Assembly (NCBI GenBank): GCA_963675295.2
Contig: CAXXKJ010000002.1
Coordinates: forward strand, 1,152,001-1,216,000
Length of the DNA: 64,000 bases
Direction: 5' to 3'
Source: a bacterium
GTDB lineage: Bacteria; Electryoneota; Electryoneia; Electryoneales; Electryoneaceae
In this document: one piece after another, positions 58,510-64,000 of the stretch
Layout of the letters: every line of letters starts with the position of its first letter
Position numbering within the stretch: the first letter of the stretch is position 1
Translations under genes and position numbers: made by a program
Notes under the pieces: model-generated
What the model saw: the letters and a program-made list of their open reading frames with translations, nothing else
What the model was told of the DNA's origin: nothing
Databases searched by the model: none

Positions 58510-58545
58510 TGAGCGTCTAAATGTAAGTACTGAGGAGTTTCCTCG

Positions 58546-60882
58546 ATGAGTGACATAGCGCGGACGGTTCACGTTCGATTTGCGTACCTGCCGATCTTGA
58601 CGGTGTTTATCGTGCTCGCGGTGGCCGGATGTTCCACTCTAGGCCAGTGGAGCGGTGCCAGCGGGGATCAGATGACGGCGGACGATTCGTTGCGTCAGGT
58701 AGTCTATGCGGATATGACGGCGGAAGAAGTCCTCGAGCAGACCCCACGCTGGATGCAATCAGCAGAGCATTCTCTTGACCGTGGCGATTCCTCGGCGGCT
58801 GAAGAGCAGATGATGAACGCGATCCTCGCGCTGCAGGAAATCCTGCTCGATGTGCCGGAGCGCGCGCGTCCGGTGCTGGTCGATTCGCTCGCTTCCTGGT
58901 CAACCCTGTATGTTGACCGTTTCGGCGCGATCAGCGGCGACCTCGTCGCGACACCCGAGGGGTTGAGTTCGCTGGTCACCACGGAGGATGCGCTCGGCGA
59001 TCCGGACAGCCTGATCCAGGAACTGACCCTCGACACCTTTGAAGTCGTTCTCGATACGACCATCCACCACGAGAACCAGCTCCCCGGGATTCCACACTAT
59101 GACAACCGCAAGGTTGAGAATGTGATCACCTACTTCACCGAGAAGCAGCGTGGCCGGGAAGCGATGGAAGTATGGTTGCAGCGCGCGGAGGAGATGATTC
59201 CGCGCATGCTACCGATTCTGCGCGAACATGGCGTCCCGGAGGATCTCGTTTACCTCGCGATGATCGAGTCGGGCTTCCGTCATGACGCGCACAGTTATGC
59301 CGCAGCCGTCGGCCCGTGGCAATTCATTTCCTCGACGGGCCGTATCTTCGACCTCGAGATCGACTGGTGGTATGATGAACGCCGCGACCCGGAACTGGCG
59401 ACACACGCCGCCAGCCGATACCTGCGGCAGCTGTATGAACACCTCGGCGACTGGTACCTCGCTCTGGCCGCTTACAACTGCGGTGAGGGGCGGGTGAACC
59501 GTGAGATTCGCCGCTCGAACAGCCGGGATTTCTGGGATCTGAACCGTTTGCCGCGTCAGACGCGGAACTACGTCCCGACCTTCCTCGCTGCGCGTCAAAT
59601 CGCGAAGAACCCGGAGAAATACGGTTTCACGAGCCCGACCTTCCGCGAGATGCCCCCGCGGGACACAGTGTACGTCAGCCAGGCGGTGGACATGGATGCG
59701 TTGGCGGACGCGCTCGGCATCAGTCGCTCCGAGTTCAAGAACATGAACCCGGCGATCCGCCGCTGGTGCACGCCGCCGGATCGTAAGAACATCGCGCTGT
59801 ACCTGCCGGAAGGTCACGCGGACGGGTTCGACGAGGCGCTGGCGACGGTACCGCCATCCAAGAAGACGTCGTGGGTCCGGCACACCGTGCGTTCCGGCGA
59901 GGCATTGTCGACCATCGCACGGCGGTATGGTACCTCGATGCGCGCGATCATGGATGTCGCCGAGAACAAGCTGCGTAATCCGAACCGCATTCGCGCGGGC
60001 CAGACGCTGATGATTCCGGTCGGACCGGAGAGTGCGCAGGGCTTTACCGGCCGTGCGGACTACGGTGGCGACGACGAGTCGCGGGTGTATGTCGTCCGGC
60101 GTGGGGACACGTTGTCGCAGATCGCCGAACGCCAGGGCGTGGGTTTGTCCCGCCTGCTGGCATGGAACGGGCTCGGCAAGTACAGCACCATCCGTCCCGG
60201 CCAGAAGCTGGTGATTTACGGCGGCACGAAACCGGCCGCGAGCAAGGTTACCGCGACCGCGGATCGTACTGATCCGACCGGTCGTCCGATTTACACCGTT
60301 CGCAGCGGCGACACGTTGACCGAGATCGCCGATCGTCACGGCGTTGGGCTCAGCAAGGTGCTGGCTTGGAACGGACTGAGCACGCGCAGCGTGATTCATC
60401 CTGGCCAGAACCTGATCGTCGGCGAGGCGAACGCCACGGTTGCTTCGTCCTCCGGATCATCGGGTTCAGCGCGGGCGGTTCAGCCTGCACCGGAGAGCGG
60501 AGAACAGGCAGGAACCGCCAGCGGCGGCACGCGTGAGTACAGGGTACGCTCCGGTGATACGCTGTGGGATATCGCGATGGCGAGCGGGATTACCGTCTCG
60601 CAGCTTCGTTCGCTGAACGGGCTCAATAGCCGCAGTGTGATTCGTCCCGGCCAGGTGTTGAAGGTTCCGGAAGCGCAGGCGTTGGCGTCGACAACGGCGA
60701 GCGCGGACGAAAGCGAAACCGTCTACCTCGTGCGTAAGGGCGACACGCTTTGGGAGATCGCGAAGCAGTTTGACGTCTCGGTAAATGACTTGAAGTCGTG
60801 GAACAACATCCGTGATGCCCGCGGGATCAAGCCGGGCGAAAAGCTGGTCATCCGACGTACTGCTGGAGGACGGAACGGATGA
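58546..60882 (+). CDS. mltD: Membrane-bound lytic transglycosylase D-like lipoprotein with five clear LysM domains
   Basis: Lipobox VAGC; SLT motifs LAMIESG, GPWQF, AAYNCG, TRNYVP; five VRxG[DE]xLxxIA repeats. Confidence 0.93.
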   Translation: MSDIARTVHVRFAYLPILTVFIVLAVAGCSTLGQWSGASGDQMTADDSLRQVVYADMTAEEVLEQTPRWMQSAEHSLDRGDSSAAEEQMMNAILALQEILLDVPERARPVLVDSLASWSTLYVDRFGAISGDLVATPEGLSSLVTTEDALGDPDSLIQELTLDTFEVVLDTTIHHENQLPGIPHYDNRKVENVITYFTEKQRGREAMEVWLQRAEEMIPRMLPILREHGVPEDLVYLAMIESGFRHDAHSYAAAVGPWQFISSTGRIFDLEIDWWYDERRDPELATHAASRYLRQLYEHLGDWYLALAAYNCGEGRVNREIRRSNSRDFWDLNRLPRQTRNYVPTFLAARQIAKNPEKYGFTSPTFREMPPRDTVYVSQAVDMDALADALGISRSEFKNMNPAIRRWCTPPDRKNIALYLPEGHADGFDEALATVPPSKKTSWVRHTVRSGEALSTIARRYGTSMRAIMDVAENKLRNPNRIRAGQTLMIPVGPESAQGFTGRADYGGDDESRVYVVRRGDTLSQIAERQGVGLSRLLAWNGLGKYSTIRPGQKLVIYGGTKPAASKVTATADRTDPTGRPIYTVRSGDTLTEIADRHGVGLSKVLAWNGLSTRSVIHPGQNLIVGEANATVASSSGSSGSARAVQPAPESGEQAGTASGGTREYRVRSGDTLWDIAMASGITVSQLRSLNGLNSRSVIRPGQVLKVPEAQALASTTASADESETVYLVRKGDTLWEIAKQFDVSVNDLKSWNNIRDARGIKPGEKLVIRRTAGGRNG

Positions 60883-61781
60883 GTTCACGCCGTCGTTCTG
60901 ACCTGATTGTCCTGATCGTCATCCTCGGCAGTGTCGTGGCACTTGTGCTGGTGCTGGCCGGCAGCTGGGGTCCGTTTCACAGTGTTGAGGAAACGGTTGG
61001 CTTCGGCGAGCGTGTCGGCCTGGTCGATGTAGTCGGTCCGATTTACGACGCGCGCAATTGGGTCAACGAGATCGACGACTTCCGCGAGAACGACCGCATC
61101 AAGGCGATCGTGATCCGGTTTGACAGCCCCGGCGGAGCCGTTGCCGCGTCTCAGGAATTGTATGAAGCGGTGAAGCGGGCACGTGATGAAAAGCCCGTGA
61201 TCGCGTCAATGGGAAACGTGGCAGCCAGCGGGGCGTATTATGCGTCGCTCGGTGCAGACAGCATTGTTGCCAACCCGGGCACCACGACGGGCTCCATTGG
61301 AGTGATCATGGAGTTGCTGCTTGTGGAGGGCTTGTTCGAGAAAGTTGGCTTGCAAACCGAAGTTGTGAAGTCCGGCGAGTATAAGGATGCCGGCAATCCC
61401 TCCCGTCAGTTGACCGAGGCTGAACGTCGGTATTTCCAAGGGTATATCGACGACGCGTTCCGTGAGTTTGTCGACGTTGTCATCGACGAGCGCGGACTGG
61501 AACGGGCCGCAGTCGAAAGTGTCGCTGATGGCCGTGTGTTCACGGGTACGCAGGCAGTGGAGCATGGGCTTGTGGACATTCTTGGAGATCAGTACCTTGC
61601 CGTTCGCTTAGCCGCGCAAATGGCTGGAATTGAAGGAGAACCGATCCTTGTCCGGCCATACCGGCGAAGTGAGTTGGATTGGGTTGATCTCCTTTTGGAT
61701 AACATGTTGGGGCGTGCCACCGAGCGCGTCCAGGGTCATAGTTCGTTCAAGTATTTGTGGAAAGCGGAGTCTACACGATGA
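60879..61781 (+). CDS. sppA: Short-form (36K) signal peptide peptidase SppA
   Basis: N-terminal TM, DSPGG, AASGAYY, TGSIGV, KSGEYKD, DGRVFTG. Confidence 0.93.
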   Translation: MSSRRRSDLIVLIVILGSVVALVLVLAGSWGPFHSVEETVGFGERVGLVDVVGPIYDARNWVNEIDDFRENDRIKAIVIRFDSPGGAVAASQELYEAVKRARDEKPVIASMGNVAASGAYYASLGADSIVANPGTTTGSIGVIMELLLVEGLFEKVGLQTEVVKSGEYKDAGNPSRQLTEAERRYFQGYIDDAFREFVDVVIDERGLERAAVESVADGRVFTGTQAVEHGLVDILGDQYLAVRLAAQMAGIEGEPILVRPYRRSELDWVDLLLDNMLGRATERVQGHSSFKYLWKAESTR

Positions 61782-62053
61782 ACAAGGCTGATCTTGTCTC
61801 TCGCGTCGCTGCTGGTACGGGTCTCACTCAGGTTGAGGTGGCTGCGGTGGTCGAGGGAGTGTTGGAAGGCATTAGCACTGAATTGGTAAACGGCGGGCAT
61901 GTCGAAATCCGTGGTTTCGGCACCTTCAAGGTCGAGCAGCGCGCGGAACGCGATGCTATCAACCCACAGACAGGTCAGCGTATCCGAGTTCCGGCGAAAC
62001 TGGCTCCGGTCTTCCGTCCTTCCGAGAAGCTGAAGGCGCGCCTTAACAAGTAA
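61778..62053 (+). CDS. HU/IHF family DNA-binding protein
   Basis: MNKADL, IRGFGTF, NPQTG, PVFRPS; ATGA overlap with sppA. Confidence 0.95.
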   Translation: MNKADLVSRVAAGTGLTQVEVAAVVEGVLEGISTELVNGGHVEIRGFGTFKVEQRAERDAINPQTGQRIRVPAKLAPVFRPSEKLKARLNK

Positions 62054-62202
62054 GGTTTTTCGAGCAAAACCTCTACTGTTTGGAGAAGGTGAGGCACGAG
62101 CCCTTGTTGACCGTGCCTCATTCGCTTACCTTCCCTGCTCGACAATTGGAACCCGGGCATGGTCCCGGTGGACTATGCCAACGAGTTGCACCAGGAGAGC
62201 TT

Positions 62203-62295
62203 GTGCCTTCCGGACGCAAGAGAAAACTGCAGAAGATCCGCACTCATAAGCGGAAGAAGAGAAGAAAGCGCGACCGTCACAAGAAGAAGAAGTAG
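62203..62295 (+). CDS. 30-aa basic protein, ribosomal protein bS22 (AURKAIP1/COX24 domain)
   Basis: AGGAG RBS, GTG start, MPSGRKRKLQKIRTHKRKKRRKRDRHKKKK, own terminator. Confidence 0.85.
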   Translation: MPSGRKRKLQKIRTHKRKKRRKRDRHKKKK

Positions 62296-62322
62296 GTCGA
62301 ATCGCTGAAGTGTGTCGATTTC

Positions 62323-62355
62323 AACGAGCGGCCCGCGTATGGGCCGCTCGTTTTT
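62323..62355 (+). terminator. Intrinsic terminator
   Basis: AACGAGCGGCCC-gcgtat-GGGCCGCTCGTT-TTT. Confidence 0.88.
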
Positions 62356-62428
62356 GAATCGGTACACCTCTGCTTCTTCGTGACTGGATTGTGTTTCCCC
62401 GCCGCTCAGGCAATCCGAGACGGTGCCG

Positions 62429-63676
62429 ATGAACCAGGCCGACCACGTTTACGGGGTCAGTGACCTGACCCGGCAGATCAAGCAGACGCTGGAGTCCGCG
62501 TTTGGACCGATGTGGCTGCGTGCTGAACTGTCGGATGTCGTGTTGCACCGTAGCGGGCACATTTACCTGACCTTCAAGGATGCCGGCGCCACTCTGCGTG
62601 GCGTGATGTGGCGAACCTCTGCCGCCCGTCTCGAGTTTACCCCCGAGAGCGGGCTTGACGTGCTCGCCTACGGACGGATCACCGTTTACGAAAAAGGTGG
62701 CAGCTACCAGTTCAGCATCGAAGCGATGCAACCGGCTGGGATGGGTGCGCTCGCGCTCGAATTTGAACAGCTGAAGGCACGTTTGCTGGCGGAAGGCCTG
62801 TTCGAGGCGGAGCGCAAACGTCCGATCCCGAAGATGCCGGCGAAGATCGGCGTGCTCACCTCAGCCAGTGGCGCGGCGGTCCGCGATGTACTGGTCACCC
62901 TGGCACGGCGCGGCTTCGGCTTGACGGTTACCCTGTTGCCAGTGAAAGTACAAGGCGATGGCGCGGCGGAGGAAGTGGCGCGCGGTATCGCCACCTTCAA
63001 CGCGATGCCGGACGAAGAGCGACCGGACGTGCTCATCGTCGCCCGTGGCGGTGGGTCGCTGGAAGACCTGTGGGCGTTCAACGAAGAGGTGCTCGTCCGC
63101 GCGGTCGCCGGCAGTGAAATCCCGATCATCAGCGGCGTCGGGCATGAAACCGACACCACGCTGACCGATTTCGCGGCGGACTACCGCGCCCCGACACCGA
63201 CCGGCGCCGCCGAATCCGCCACCCCCGATCGCATGGACCTCAAGCACCGAGTTGATACCAGCGGGCACCGGCTGGTGCGCGCGATCCGCCAGGTGATGGA
63301 ACGCTACCAGCAGCGACTCGATCGTGCGGCGGGCGGGTATGGGCTGAGACGGTTCCCCGATCAACTCCGGCAATGGATGCAGCAGGTGGATGACGCCGAG
63401 TCCCGAGCTCGGAGAGCCATCGCCCAATTGCTGAAGGACCGCGAGACAAAGGTTGAGCGTCTCGGCGAACGGTTGAACGCGTTGTCGCCCCTCGGAGTGT
63501 TGGATCGCGGCTATGCCGTGGTACAGAGCGGAGATTGGGTCATTCAGAATTCCGCGGAGCTGATCGAAGGGCAGGAAATCTCGATCCGTTTTGCGCGCGG
63601 CGAGGCAGATGCACGGATTGAGAAGGTCAGAGCTGAGAAGAGCTCGAAATCCTCAAAAAGAGTGGCGAAGGGCTAA
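62429..63676 (+). CDS. xseA: Exodeoxyribonuclease VII large subunit
   Basis: SGHIYLTFKD OB fold, TSASGAAVRD, ARGGGSLEDLWAFNEE, VGHETD, PTPTGAA, LDRGYA. Confidence 0.97.
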   Translation: MNQADHVYGVSDLTRQIKQTLESAFGPMWLRAELSDVVLHRSGHIYLTFKDAGATLRGVMWRTSAARLEFTPESGLDVLAYGRITVYEKGGSYQFSIEAMQPAGMGALALEFEQLKARLLAEGLFEAERKRPIPKMPAKIGVLTSASGAAVRDVLVTLARRGFGLTVTLLPVKVQGDGAAEEVARGIATFNAMPDEERPDVLIVARGGGSLEDLWAFNEEVLVRAVAGSEIPIISGVGHETDTTLTDFAADYRAPTPTGAAESATPDRMDLKHRVDTSGHRLVRAIRQVMERYQQRLDRAAGGYGLRRFPDQLRQWMQQVDDAESRARRAIAQLLKDRETKVERLGERLNALSPLGVLDRGYAVVQSGDWVIQNSAELIEGQEISIRFARGEADARIEKVRAEKSSKSSKRVAKG

Positions 63677-63743
63677 GTTTTATGACCATTTTCTCCTCGC
63701 TCAGTTTTAGAAGAATGTTCTGCACGTCTCGACAGGGAGAAGA

Positions 63744-63992
63744 GTGATGGCGCAGACTGGCGAAGTGTCCGCACAGCCTAAGTTTGAGCGCGAACTTGAA
63801 CGTCTTGAGTCCATCGTTTCGAAGTTGGAAGAAGGTGGGCTTCCTCTTGAAGAAAACCTGAAATTATTCGAAGAGGGCCAAAAAGCCCTGACCCGTTGCC
63901 GCACCACTCTCGAAGCGGCCCAGGTCAAGGTCGAGAAATTGCTTGCAGACGGCGAACGTCAGCTGATAGACCCCTCTTCCCTCGGTCGTTGA
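63744..63992 (+). CDS. xseB: Exodeoxyribonuclease VII small subunit
   Basis: FERELERLESIVSKLEEGGLPLEENLKLFEEG; follows xseA. Confidence 0.95.
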   Translation: MMAQTGEVSAQPKFERELERLESIVSKLEEGGLPLEENLKLFEEGQKALTRCRTTLEAAQVKVEKLLADGERQLIDPSSLGR

Positions 63993-64000
63993 TCCTCCAG

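Overview
Bacterial chromosomal window, high GC overall, with about 50 CDS and no rRNA, tRNA, CRISPR array, integrase or transposase that I can see. Three proteins with a YPNPFN-type (T9SS type A / FlgD-Ig-like) C-terminal domain and a Bacteroidota-type bS22 suggest an FCB-superphylum organism (inference). The backbone is housekeeping or envelope genes: ppdK, an aldehyde dehydrogenase, tamB/tamA, sfsA, a polyprenyl synthase, hpt, photolyase, two SppA proteins, a D-amino-acid aminotransferase, a Kef-type antiporter, a sigma54 two-component pair, suhB, mltD, HU and xseAB. The most unusual signals are: (1) secreted CTD-protein genes that look like exchangeable cassettes, with AT-rich cores inside GC-rich ends. 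One is bracketed by a ~79-bp structured direct repeat with compensatory changes. The other is bracketed by a 13-bp direct repeat, sits beside the remnant of a third sulfatase gene, and has a G10 tract in its predicted promoter spacer. (2) Period-7 tandem arrays of differing sequence placed directly after stop codons. (3) An SppA fused to an NPA-motif beta-barrel-like domain. (4) A glutamate-cysteine-ligase-CBS / M14 deacylase gene pair. (5) A very AT-rich DUF4238-like candidate defence gene. Several REP-like palindrome families fill the intergenic space. All calls come from reading motifs by eye; no database searches were run.
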